A DNA stretch of 63,873 bases, filler included, from Octopus bimaculoides (lineage: Eukaryota): assembly GCF_001194135.2 (NCBI RefSeq). It is 7 parts of 7 records of this genome, joined end to end, with 100 filler letters (N's around TTAATTAATTAA, not from the genome) between each part and the next. Parts side by side here need not be neighbours in the genome. Positions count along the whole stretch, not along the records: positions 20,699 to 25,313 come from NC_068988.1; positions 25,414 to 29,198 come from NC_068987.1; positions 29,299 to 31,802 come from NC_068985.1; positions 31,903 to 49,280 come from NC_068983.1; 3 more parts are not named here. One strand, written 5' to 3'. Of the stretch, positions 23,722 to 33,706 are shown piece by piece. The translations under genes were made by a program, and so were the position numbers. The number at the start of each line of letters is the position of its first letter. The first letter of the stretch is position 1. The notes beneath the pieces were generated by a model. That model saw only the letters and a program-made list of their open reading frames with translations, had not been told where the DNA came from and searched no databases.

Positions 23722-24784
23722 GGGCGTGCTGGAGAGAGAGTGAGAGAGAAGTAATATGGAGAGAAAGGGAAAGGGGAGTTGGAGGGAGGAAGGAAAGGGT
23801 TTGTTGTTTGCTTTTTCCTTCAAATTAAACTGGCCACTTTAAGATGCAAGAACGGAAGAAAACACTCNNNNNNNNNNNNNNNNNNNNNNNNNNNNNNNNN
23901 NNNNNNNNNNNNNNNNNNNNNNNNNNNNNNNNNNNNNNNNNNNNNNNNNNNNNNNNNNNNNNNNNNNNNNNNNNNNNNNNNNNNNNNNNNNNNNNNNNNN
24001 NNNNNNNNNNNNNNNNNNNNNNNNNNNNNNNNNNNNNNNNNNNNNNNNNNNNNNNNNNNNNNNNNNNNNNNNNNNNNNNNNNNNNNNNNNNNNNNNNNNN
24101 NNNNNNNNNNNNNNNNNNNNNNNNNNNNNNNNNNNNNNNNNNNNNNNNNNNNNNNNNNNNNNNNNNNNNNNNNNNNNNNNNNNNNNNNNNNNNNNNNNNN
24201 NNNNNNNNNNNNNNNNNNNNNNNNNNNNNNNNNNNNNNNNNNNNNNNNNNGACCACAAAATTCTACCGACCGTTTCTTCGATTCTGAAGATTCTTTGGCA
24301 AGACAGCCCAAGACAGACGATAGATATATTTTACTTTCAAAATTCAGAAGTGGATAATTACAGATGTAATATTTTGACAAATTCTAACAATTTTACACGG
24401 ATTCCTCGTTTGCTGTTCGCAGAATTATATTCTCATCAATTTTACCAAACATTTTACTTGAAAGAAAAACACCGACTACGTAAGAATTTCATCTTTATCT
24501 TTGGAAATATTCGTTTGCATTGAATTGTATGCGAAAATATTGATTGCTTCATGTATGTTGTGTGTGCGTGTGTTTCTTTGCCCCAGGGCAAATATATATG
24601 GAGAGTAAATATTTGTCTTACCGCTTAATCCTTCTAGGTCCCTCTTCACTCACTTCTTTCTTTCTCCCTTTTTATCATATTTTATAAATACACATACACA
24701 CACACACGCACACACACACGAATGCACATACATACATGCACACATACATACATACATACATACATACATACATACATACATACA

Positions 24785-25140
24785 AGTTTGAGGAGATATC
24801 TGACAGCTGTTCTGGGACGGACATCAACTTGTTCTGCTCTGTCAAAGGCCTTCCAACAAGGATTATCTTCCACACTTCTCTTAGCAAAGGGAAGGGTCCT
24901 GTCAGAGGGCCCTGGCTGATCTGCGTGAGGTGATGTGGACTCCTTCCCCTCTCTGGTGAATTGCACAGTCACTCTATTAACTGTGGAAAGTGAGATCCCA
25001 AGGATTTCTGCGATTTTACGCTGGCTATGTCCACCTTCAGATTGACCCACAATACGGCCTTTTTGAAATTCAGACAGTTCCAAGTTTTCTCTTGAACATG
25101 GCATGATTAAAGAGTCGCATATAAAACCTGAAACATAAAA
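24785..25140 (-). mobile_element. Tc1-family transposase 5' fragment (HTH region), truncated at (ATAC)n
   Basis: [37 protein letters not shown], a Tc1 N-terminal HTH pattern. Confidence 0.8.
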
Positions 25141-25251
25141 ATGTCAATTAATAAAAGAATATAAACCTTTACAAGTTGGAATAAACATAAAACGATGTTT
25201 TACGAGGTGTCTTTTTACTTCTGTTATGTCTGTGAGTATACGTATATATAA

Positions 25252-25313
<62 letters not shown>

Positions 25314-25413
25314 NNNNNNNNNNNNNNNNNNNNNNNNNNNNNNNNNNNNNNNNNNNNTTAATTAATTAANNNNNNNNNNNNNNNNNNNNNNNNNNNNNNN
25401 NNNNNNNNNNNNN
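25314..25413. other. Artificial scaffold linker 2
   Basis: 44N-TTAATTAATTAA-44N. Confidence 0.97.
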
Positions 25414-26099
25414 TTTTGTATACATTCACTGCTTTTTTCCAAGGAATGCTCTTAGCTTAGTTTTTCCTTGGGGCTGGCCAGATTGGAGCAATATTGAGAA
25501 TGACCAGCCGAAATTGCAAGGATAATCTGGATCTCGACTGAAGAAAGAAAACTCCGAATGACCTGTCCTTGTTTTCTCTGTATCGTCTGTCTGTATGTTT
25601 TGTCCCTTTCGTGTATCACCTAACTGTCTGGATGTTTTGCGTCTTTGTCCCATTCTGTGTTATATATATATATATATATCAGTTTAAAAACAACGTGTCT
25701 AGGTGATAACCGGGATTATGGTTATGGACGTGAAGGATTATGTTAAACATTACATGCACTTAAATATTTGTAGTTTTATTCAGGATACCATTCCTTGTTT
25801 ATAGTAGTCGTGTCAAGCTGTACGGTATAGGTTTTCAAGAGTTTTCTTCCAAAGAATGTGGTTTTTACGCATTTATCAGAACCATACTCCTTTTCAATAT
25901 CACCACTAAACTGTTTTACTATAGTTAAAAGCCGTTCCAGTTGTTAACCACTTTTCACAAAAAGCTTTAGTTCATCCATATAAAGGAAATGATTAATTGA
26001 TCTCTCGTATATGTGATACCCATGTGCCAAAGGTAGTCGCGTTGATCCCGATCTTAGCTGTCTCCGCCATATTCGATGGCACAAGCAAGTATTAGCGAT

Positions 26100-26935
26100 T
26101 GCGTTGTGGAAGGGACATAGTTGTATTCATGATAATGGTAACGGTTATTGTGGCTATGCTTGTGGTGTTAGTAGAGGAAGAATCCTTGGGGGTTGTGTTC
26201 CTGCTGGTGATGTTCATAATGGCGGAATTGGTTGTTTTGTAGTCGTGGTTGTTGTAGAAGTGGTGTTAGCAGTAGGCGAGGTGGTTGTCGTCGTGCTGGT
26301 AATGGTGTTGATCATATACGCCAACGTGGTAACCATATCNNNNNNNNNNNNNNNNNNNNNNNNNNNNNNNNNNNNNNNNNNNNNNNNNNNNNNNNNNNNN
26401 NNNNNNNNNNNNNNNNNNNNNNNNNNNNNNNNNNNNNNNNNNNNNNNNNNNNNNNNNNNNNNNNNNNNNTGGCGGAATTGGTTGTTTTGTAGTCGTGGTT
26501 GTTGTAGAAGTGGTGTTAGCAGTAGGCGAGGTGGCTATCGTCGTGCTGGTAATGGTGTTGATCATATACGCCAACGTGGTAACCATATCAATCCATGATA
26601 ATAATGATGGTGTAGGCAGTAGTGGTTGTGTTCCTAATATTAGTTTGGTGTTGTCGTCATGATTAAGTTAACCAAAGTAGTGCTCAATGTGTCGCTGTTG
26701 GCGTCCTGATGAATATCATGATTCAGATTAAGGAAGGAATAATGAAGTAGGCGATCGTAACGTTGACAACTATTGTCAATAGGGATAATGGCGGAGGCGG
26801 CGAAGGTGGTAGTGGTAGTTGCGACGATAAGAGAAAGGATTCTGGTGATAATGATGACGATCACGGGAATGATAACGAAGATGACAACGTTGATAATGAT
26901 GATGAGGATCATGATGATAACGACGACGGTAATGT

Positions 26936-26976
<41 letters not shown>

Positions 26977-26986
26977 NNNNNNNNNN

Positions 26987-27028
<42 letters not shown>

Positions 27029-27030
27029 AG
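26100..27030. repeat. Degenerate trinucleotide low-complexity tract (GGT/GTT/GAT)
   Basis: Triplet-periodic sequence grading into pure (GAT)n; contains two N gaps. Confidence 0.8.
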
Positions 27031-27594
27031 TGACAGAAAAGATTATTTCACAGATGCAAAAATTTGATGTGATTAATGAATTACTGTCATTAGTTTCCGA
27101 CTTCGATGCATTCAGTTCGATTTTCGACAAAGAATTTTGAGAATCGTTGCATCGGATGCTGCGGAAATATATTTGTGTTTATTCTGAGAAAAATCATTCC
27201 ACTGCTCAAGTAACCCGCATGCATTTGAACTCGTGTCTCGATTAATGCTGAAAAGTATGTCTTCATATCTTCAAATGTTAAGTGACACTGTATCTGTTAT
27301 CCTTTACCTGTTACTTGTTTCGGACATTAGACTGCGGCCGAGCTGGGGCACTGCCTTGAAGAAATTATTGCCGAATGTATTGACTCCAGTATCTGGTACT
27401 TACTCTATCTCTCTTTTGCTAAACCGCTAGATAAACGGGACGTAAACACATCAACATCGGGTATTTGTGGCATCAGTTTCTTTTTGCCGAACCACTAAGT
27501 TATGGGGATATAAACACACCAACATCGGTTGTCATGCATTGGTGCGGGACTAATAGAGATGCAAAGACACTCTCACACACACACACATCATTAT

Positions 27595-28050
27595 CATCAT
27601 CATCATCGTTTAACACTTGTTTTCATGCTGGCATGGGTTGGACAGTTTGACTGAAAACTGGTAAGGAGGTAGGAGCTGCACCAGGTTTTGATTTGATCTG
27701 GCAATGTTTCTACAGATGGATGCCCTTCCTAATGCCAACCACTCTCAGAGTGTAGTGGGTACTTTTTACATGCCACCGGCACATGAGCCATTAACTTAAC
27801 GCCGGCATTGACCAAGACTACANNNNNNNNNNATGAGCCATTAACTTAACGCCGGCATTGACCAAGACTACAGTCTCACTTGACTTGACAGGTCTACACA
27901 AGCACGGTATATCGCCAAAGGTCTTGGTCACCTGTCACTGCCTCCATGAGGCCCAATGCTCACACAGTGCTTCTTACGTACCACCGGCAGAGGTGCCAGT
28001 CATACAGCACTGGCATCAGCCACGACTACGATTTCACTTGGTTTGACGGG
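27595..28050 (-). mobile_element. SINE family 2 long copy
   Basis: (CAT)n CGTTTAAC...CATGCTGGCATGGGTTGGAC...GATGCCCTTCCTAATGCCAACCAC...GTGCCA repeats. Confidence 0.8.
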
Positions 28051-28146
28051 TGAGGGTGGAAGGGAAGGACTGCAGGGAAATACGAAAAGTCAATGGCTGA
28101 AAAATAACGGGAGTATAGATGTAGTTCTATATTTAAGAGATGAGGA

Positions 28147-28300
28147 ATTATTTACATTATTTACATTTGACGGATATTTGTCCTCATCTTGTTTGTTTTT
28201 AACACAACGTTTCGGCAGATATACCCTCCAGCATTCATCAGGTGTTTTGGGGAAATTTCGGGCCTGGGTTCTCATTCCTAAGGTAGTTTTCGATGTTGTT
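28147..28300 (-). mobile_element. Hammerhead-motif element copy B
   Basis: Minus strand AACATCGAAAACTACCTTAGGAATGAGAACCCAGG...AACAC-CTGATGA-A-TGCTG-GAGGGTATAT-CTGCC-GAAACGTT-GTGTT...TGTAAATAATGTAAATAA. Confidence 0.85.
28201..28246 (-). ncRNA. Minimal type I hammerhead ribozyme motif (Penelope-type, palindromic ACGU stem III)
   Basis: Stem I AACAC/GUGUU, core CUGAUGA and GAAA, stem III ACGU, predicted GUU cleavage triplet; stem II has 2 mismatches here but is intact (GGCUG/CAGCU) in copies A and D. Confidence 0.7.
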
Positions 28301-28554
28301 GTTATTATTATTATTACTATTATTATTATTATTATTATTATTATTANNNNNNNNNNNNNNNNNNNNNNNNNNNNNNNNNNNNNNNNNNNNNNNNNNNNNN
28401 NNNNNNNNNNNNNNNNNNNNNNNNNNNNNNNNNNNNNNNNNNNNNNNNNNNNNNNNNNNNNNNNNNNNNNNNNNNNNNNNNNNNNNNNNNNNNNNNNNNN
28501 NNNNNNNNNNNNNNNNNNNNNNNNNNNNNNNNNNNNNNNNNNNNNNNNNNNNGA

Positions 28555-28801
28555 TCACATAGACAGTATTTTACGTAGGATATGGGCAGTTCCCATGAGC
28601 ACTATCTTTTGAACTTCAGCTATTTTGGGGTTTCTTGGTATCTGAGCTAGGTAGTAATCAGCCCGTTTCGCTGTCATTCCCAAGGCACCTATGACAATAG
28701 GTATTGTTTTCGTCTTCAGATTCCACATTTTGCTCATTTCTATTTCAAGATCTTTATATTTGCTCAGTTTTTGGTAGGTCTTGACAGATACGTTTATATC
28801 G

Positions 28802-28802
<1 letters not shown>
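28555..28802 (-). mobile_element. R4/Dong-like (RLE-clade) retrotransposon 3' fragment between (TAA)n tracts
   Basis: IDINVSVKTYQKLSKYKDLEIEMSKMWNLKTKTIPIVIGALG...EVQKIVLMGTAHILRKILSM* (K..KY.DL..E...W...P.V.GALG motif); (TAA)n at 28805-28846 and 28302-28346. Confidence 0.85.
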
Positions 28803-28846
<44 letters not shown>

Positions 28847-28847
<1 letters not shown>

Positions 28848-28963
28848 GCAACATCGAAAATACCTTAGGAATAAGAACCCAGGTTCGAAATTTCCCCAAG
28901 ACACCTGCTAACAACAAACAAGATGAAGACAAATATGGGTCAAATGTAAATAATGTAAATAAG
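28847..28963 (+). mobile_element. Hammerhead-motif element copy C with the ribozyme core deleted
   Basis: AACATCGAAAATACCTTAGGAAT.AGAACCCAGGTTCGAAATTTCCCCAAGACACCTG|CTAACAACAAACAAGATG...TGTAAATAATGTAAAT. Confidence 0.85.
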
Positions 28964-29198
28964 GTATGTAATGATGTTTAGTGGAAGGAACGATACACAG
29001 AGCAATTAATGTTTACCTTGTATTCTGTCACACACACATACATGCACACGCACACACACACATACACATTCATACACGGGTATTCAGTCACACGCACAGG
29101 CGCACACACACACACGCATACACACACATATACACATATATGAGGAAAAGAAAACGAAGGAGAAGAAGGTGATGATGATGATGATGATGATGATGTTG

Positions 29199-29298
29199 NN
29201 NNNNNNNNNNNNNNNNNNNNNNNNNNNNNNNNNNNNNNNNNNTTAATTAATTAANNNNNNNNNNNNNNNNNNNNNNNNNNNNNNNNNNNNNNNNNNNN
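29199..29298. other. Artificial scaffold linker 3
   Basis: 44N-TTAATTAATTAA-44N. Confidence 0.97.
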
Positions 29299-29339
29299 TA
29301 TATATATTATACACACACACACACATATTTACTTATCTA

Positions 29340-29935
29340 TTAGATCATCCCAGAAATAATGTGGGTTTTTATATTTCTTTTATTTTTCAAAATTAAGATA
29401 AAGTTCTTTTTTAATCTAAAACATACTCTCCTTTATTTACTACAATGCTCTTCCATCTATCTGGTAGAGTTGCAAGAACCCTCTTCCAAAATTCACTTGT
29501 CCATGATGAAAAATACTCCCCCAGAACTGTTCTGATCTCATCTACAGAATTCATATTTTTTCTATCCAAACGATTTTGAAGACTGTGGAATAAATGATGA
29601 TCAGATGTGGCAATGTTTGCTTCAGCCTTTGGAATGTCATCCTCGCTGTATGTAGCCAAACATTATCCTGATGGAAGAACACCTTTCGTCTTGAAACCAA
29701 AAATAGTCATTTTTGTTCTAGTGCCGACTTAAGCCACTCAAGATGCTCACAGTAGATCTCCTTTGTTATCATTTGGTTTGGATTTAAAAGTTCAAGTGGA
29801 CTAAACCTTTCATATCCCACCAAACAGATAACACCTTACGTGACTGAAAACCTTCTTTAGCTTAGGGTGCTGGTATTTCTCCCCTCCCTACTCACTGTCT
29901 TTGGCACTTTATATTTTTATAGAGAACCCATTTCT
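29340..29935 (-). mobile_element. mariner (DD34D-type) transposon 3' half, pseudogenised
   Basis: KWVLYKN, VWWDMKGLVH, ELLNPNQMITKEIYCEHL, FFHQDN, SDHHLFHSLQN...LPDRWKSIVVNKGEYVLD*; TIR-like TTAGATCATCCCAGAAATAATG at the left end. Confidence 0.9.
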
Positions 29936-30080
29936 ACATTATTTACATTTGACAGATATTTGTCCTCATCTTGTTTGTTGCTAACACGTTTCAGCTGATA
30001 TACCCTCCAGCCTTCATCAGGCGTCTTAGAGAAATTTCGAACCTGGGTTCTCATTCCTAACGTATTTTTCAATGTTATTT
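29936..30080 (-). mobile_element. Hammerhead-motif element copy D
   Basis: Minus strand AACATTGAAAAATACGTTAGGAATGAGAACCCAGGTTCGAAATTT...GACGC-CTGATGA-A-GGCTG-GAGGGTATAT-CAGCT-GAAACGTGTTAG...TGTAAATAATGT. Confidence 0.85.
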
Positions 30081-30971
30081 ATATATATAAAAATGAGAAT
30101 GAGTGTCTGTCTGTCTGTCTGTCTCTGTGTGTGTGTGTGTATGTGAATCCCTAAAACTCGAGAACTACGCAACCAATTTCATTCAAATTTTACACATAAC
30201 TTACTTAGGGTTCCAGTTGTGTTTTAGTCAAAAAAATNNNNNNNNNNNNNNNNNNNNNNNNNNNNNNNNNNNNNNNNNNNNNNNNNNNNNNNNNNNNNNN
30301 NNNNNNNNNNNNNNNNNNNNNNNNNNNNNNNNNNNNNNNNNNNNNNNNNNNNNNNNNNNNNNNNNNNNNNNNNNNNNNNNNNNNNNNNNNNNNNNNNNNN
30401 NNNNNNNNNNNNNNNNNNNNNNNNNNNNNNNNNNNNNNNNNNNNNNNNNNNNNNNNNNNNNNNNNNNNNNNNNNNNNNNNNNNNNNNNNNNNNNNNNNNN
30501 NNNNNNNNNNNNNNNNNNNNNNNNNNNNNNNNNNNNNNNNNNNNNNNNNNNNNNNNNNNNNNNNNNNNNNNNNNNNNNNNNNNNNNNNNNNNNNNNNNNN
30601 NNNNNNNNNNNNNNNNNNNNNNNNNNNNNNNNNNNNNNNNNNNNNNNNNNNNNNNNNNNNNNNNNNNNNNNNNNNNNNNNNNNNNNNNNNNNNNNNNNNN
30701 NNNNNNNNNNNNNNNNNNNNNNNNNNNNNNNNNNNNNNNNNNNNNNNNNNNNNNNNNNNNNNNNNNNNNNNNNNNNNNNNNNNNNNNNNNNNNNNNNNNN
30801 NNNNNNNNNNNNNNNNNNNNNNNNNNNNNNNNNNNNNNNNNNNNNNNNNNNNNNNNNNNNNNNNNNNNNNNNNNNNNNNNNNNNNNNNNNNNNNNNNNNN
30901 NNNNNNNNNNNNNNNNNNNNNNNNNNNNNNNNNNNNNNNNNNNNNNNNNNNNNNNNNNNNNNNNNNNNNNN

Positions 30972-31670
30972 NGGGTACGTGTGCGTGTGTGTGTGTATTT
31001 TGTATGTGCGTGTGTGTGTATGTGTATGTTTTTGTGCGTGCGTGTGTGTTTGTGTGTGCGTGCGTTTGCTATTGTATGTGCATGTGTTGTTTATGCCCAT
31101 GTGTGTGTGATTGTATGCGTGTCTATGTGAGTGTGTTGTGTTGGTGAAAAGTGTGTGTGCGTGTGTGTGCGTGTGTGTGCGTGTGTATGTGTGTGTGTGT
31201 GTGTGTGTGGGATTGTGATGTGTGTGGGGTTGTGAGTGTTAGGTACGGGTGCGTGTGTGTATGCGCGTGTGTGTTTATGTGTGTCTGTATGTGTGTCCGT
31301 GTGTGTGTCCGTGTGTGTATATTTTTTGTGCATGCATGTCTGTGTATATTGTGTATGTTTTCGTGCGTGCGTGTGTGTTGTGTATGTGAGTGAGTATTGT
31401 GTATGTGAGAGGTGTGTGTGCATGTGTGCATGTGTGTGTATGTGTGTACGTGTATGTGTGCAAGGGTGTGTATGCTTGGGTGTGTGTGTATGTTTGCATG
31501 ATTGTTAGCGTGTGTGTGTATGTGTGTTTGTATAAGTGTGTGGGCGAGTCTGAGCGTGTAAGTGCATGCATATGTGTTGTGTGTGTGTGGTGTGTTGGGG
31601 GGTAGGTGTGCTTACATGTGTGTGTATGGGTGCGTGTATTTTTTGTGTGTGGGTATGTGTGCGTGTAGGA
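30972..31670. repeat. Long degenerate (TG)n compound microsatellite
   Basis: Alternating purine-pyrimidine TG/TA/CG tract of ~700 bp. Confidence 0.9.
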
Positions 31671-31802
31671 AGGGATGAAATAAATTGTGGAAAATTGTAG
31701 TGATTGTAATAAAAAAGTGAATAATGGATATAATGTAAAGTGGATGGGAGGGAGGGGGTAAAAAAAAAAATATATATATATATATAAAAAGAATAATAAA
31801 TA

Positions 31803-31902
31803 NNNNNNNNNNNNNNNNNNNNNNNNNNNNNNNNNNNNNNNNNNNNTTAATTAATTAANNNNNNNNNNNNNNNNNNNNNNNNNNNNNNNNNNNNNNNNNN
31901 NN
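31803..31902. other. Artificial scaffold linker 4
   Basis: 44N-TTAATTAATTAA-44N. Confidence 0.97.
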
Positions 31903-32224
31903 ATATGGTAATTAATCATATATTAATTAATATCGATTAATTACCAGGAGGCCAGCACATCTAAAGAATCAAAGAGATTCAGAAATAGTATCTGCAATCT
32001 CAGGGGATTAAGGAACATTTTTATATATAACGTTGATCACTAACGTGGACAATTAATGTGCTAGAAATAGATCACATCTTGTGTCCATTAAGACCTAAAT
32101 TGTTCTCAACATGAAATATAGCAGCATACCAAAACGTAAGTGGGCAAGACATTTAAAATCACCTAAAAAAACACATTATTAAACAGGGACCGGTTTCGGA
32201 TTTAACGAATCTTACCGATTGTCT
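31903..32224. repeat. Second copy of the 4105-4425 repeat (opposite orientation), ending at (TA)n
   Basis: Colinear with the reverse complement of 4105-4425 (TAATTAATATCGATTAATTACC...GCTAGAAATAGATCACATCTTG...AAACAGGGACCGG). Confidence 0.85.
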
Positions 32225-32999
32225 ATATATATATATAGGAATGGCCATAGGTCGCTTTACCCATTTCTAATGGTAATAAAGAAATGGGTAAGGCTATAGA
32301 TAGACAATTAGGCTTGAGATGTATATTTACATGTGCTCCTAGTAAAATGGCTAGCATTAGGAAGGACATCCAGCTGTGGAAACCATTACAAAACAGACAT
32401 TGGAGATGAGTGCTTCCAACTGGCTCATTGGTTCCTCTTGAATTGTCCAACTCGTGTCAACATAAAATAAAAGGGATATTAAACAACAACAACATCGATG
32501 ATGATGACAATGACAACAATGATGATGATGAGGAGGAGGAGGAGTAGGAGGAAGAGGAGCCTGGTGGTCATGGCTAGAACACATTTAATCAGAGGTCTGC
32601 TCAACTATTGATGACTTGGGAATTAAATAACAAAAACAGCTTCAAAAGAAATATCGGTATAACTTAAGTTTCCTATATGATACTGTTATTAGATATCAGC
32701 ACAACATTTAGATCTATAGTGATGTCGATTTTCTAATATTGATATGGGAATGAGGAAGGAGGTGAACATTGATTTCTTCTCGGGGAAATCAGAAATGAGA
32801 TGATAAACGAACAGAAATTAAAATTGCAAGATGAAGGAAATTATTATATATGATTAATATCAATGATTTGCCTAATATGTACAGAGCAGATGATATATTA
32901 TAATGAGGATAATGTATTATGTATTATACATGTGTGTGTGTATGTATTTATATATACATATATATTTCCATTTATATGTATGTATATGTGTGTTTATAC

Positions 33000-33082
<83 letters not shown>

Positions 33083-33491
33083 GATAGATAGATAGATAGA
33101 TAGATAATGACATATATGTAGCATATAGTAATATATATTAACCATACAGCGATGTTGGTTCTGTATCATGACAAAACTGAGACCCTTAAAGCATTATGTT
33201 TACATCCAAATGCACTAAATTAGGCCCTGCACCTAATCTGCCCCTATCAAGCCTTTCCACACCCTCCTCTCATCTTCCTATAATCCATCCCTCTATCATT
33301 CCTCAAACATTGGTACTATTCCATTGCTGTAATTTTATGTGAGTAGGACTGCTTGTTTCATCTCCATTTTGTGCTGCCAGTCGTACCTCTTTCTGCAACC
33401 ACTTCCCTTTGTCACCCATTCTTAATTCTCATTATCATCCCATTCTTCTTTATTTTCCCACAGGTTACCATATTTCTTATTTCTCTACTAC

Positions 33492-33706
33492 CCACAAGGG
33501 GCTAAACACAGAGGGGACAAACAAGGACAGACAAACGGATTAAGTCGATTGTATCGACCCCAGTGCGTAACTGGTACTTATTTAATCGACCCCGAAAGGA
33601 TGAAAGGCAAAGTCGACTTCGGCGGAATTTGAACTCAGAACGTAGCGGCAGACGAAATACCGCTAAGCATTTTGCCCGGCGTGCTAACGTTTCTGCCAGC
33701 TCACCG
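33492..33706 (-). mobile_element. SINE family 3, young intact copy (tRNA-like head plus GCCTTTCATCCTTTCGGGGTCGAT..AATAAGTACC central domain)
   Basis: Minus strand GAGCTGGCAGAAACGTTAGCACG...GAGTTCAAATTCCGCC...; CpGs retained; central motif resembles the Meta/MESC-type conserved SINE domain as I recall it. Confidence 0.8.

Noticed and set aside
23779-24380. Long ORFs spanning N gaps (also 30103-31110, 34382-35131, 40689-41223, 51174-51761)
   Set aside because: Their length comes from X residues and microsatellites.
26220-26589. 120-bp direct duplication on both sides of an N gap
   Set aside because: Typical unmerged overlap or haplotype artefact (2 mismatches); a real tandem cannot be excluded but is unsupported.
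26763-27140. Asp-rich acidic protein (biomineralisation-like)
   Set aside because: Derived from (GAT)n and spans a gap; no signal peptide or splice context.
27783-27872. 40-bp tandem duplication
   Set aside because: Identical copies flank a 10-N gap; contig-overlap artefact.
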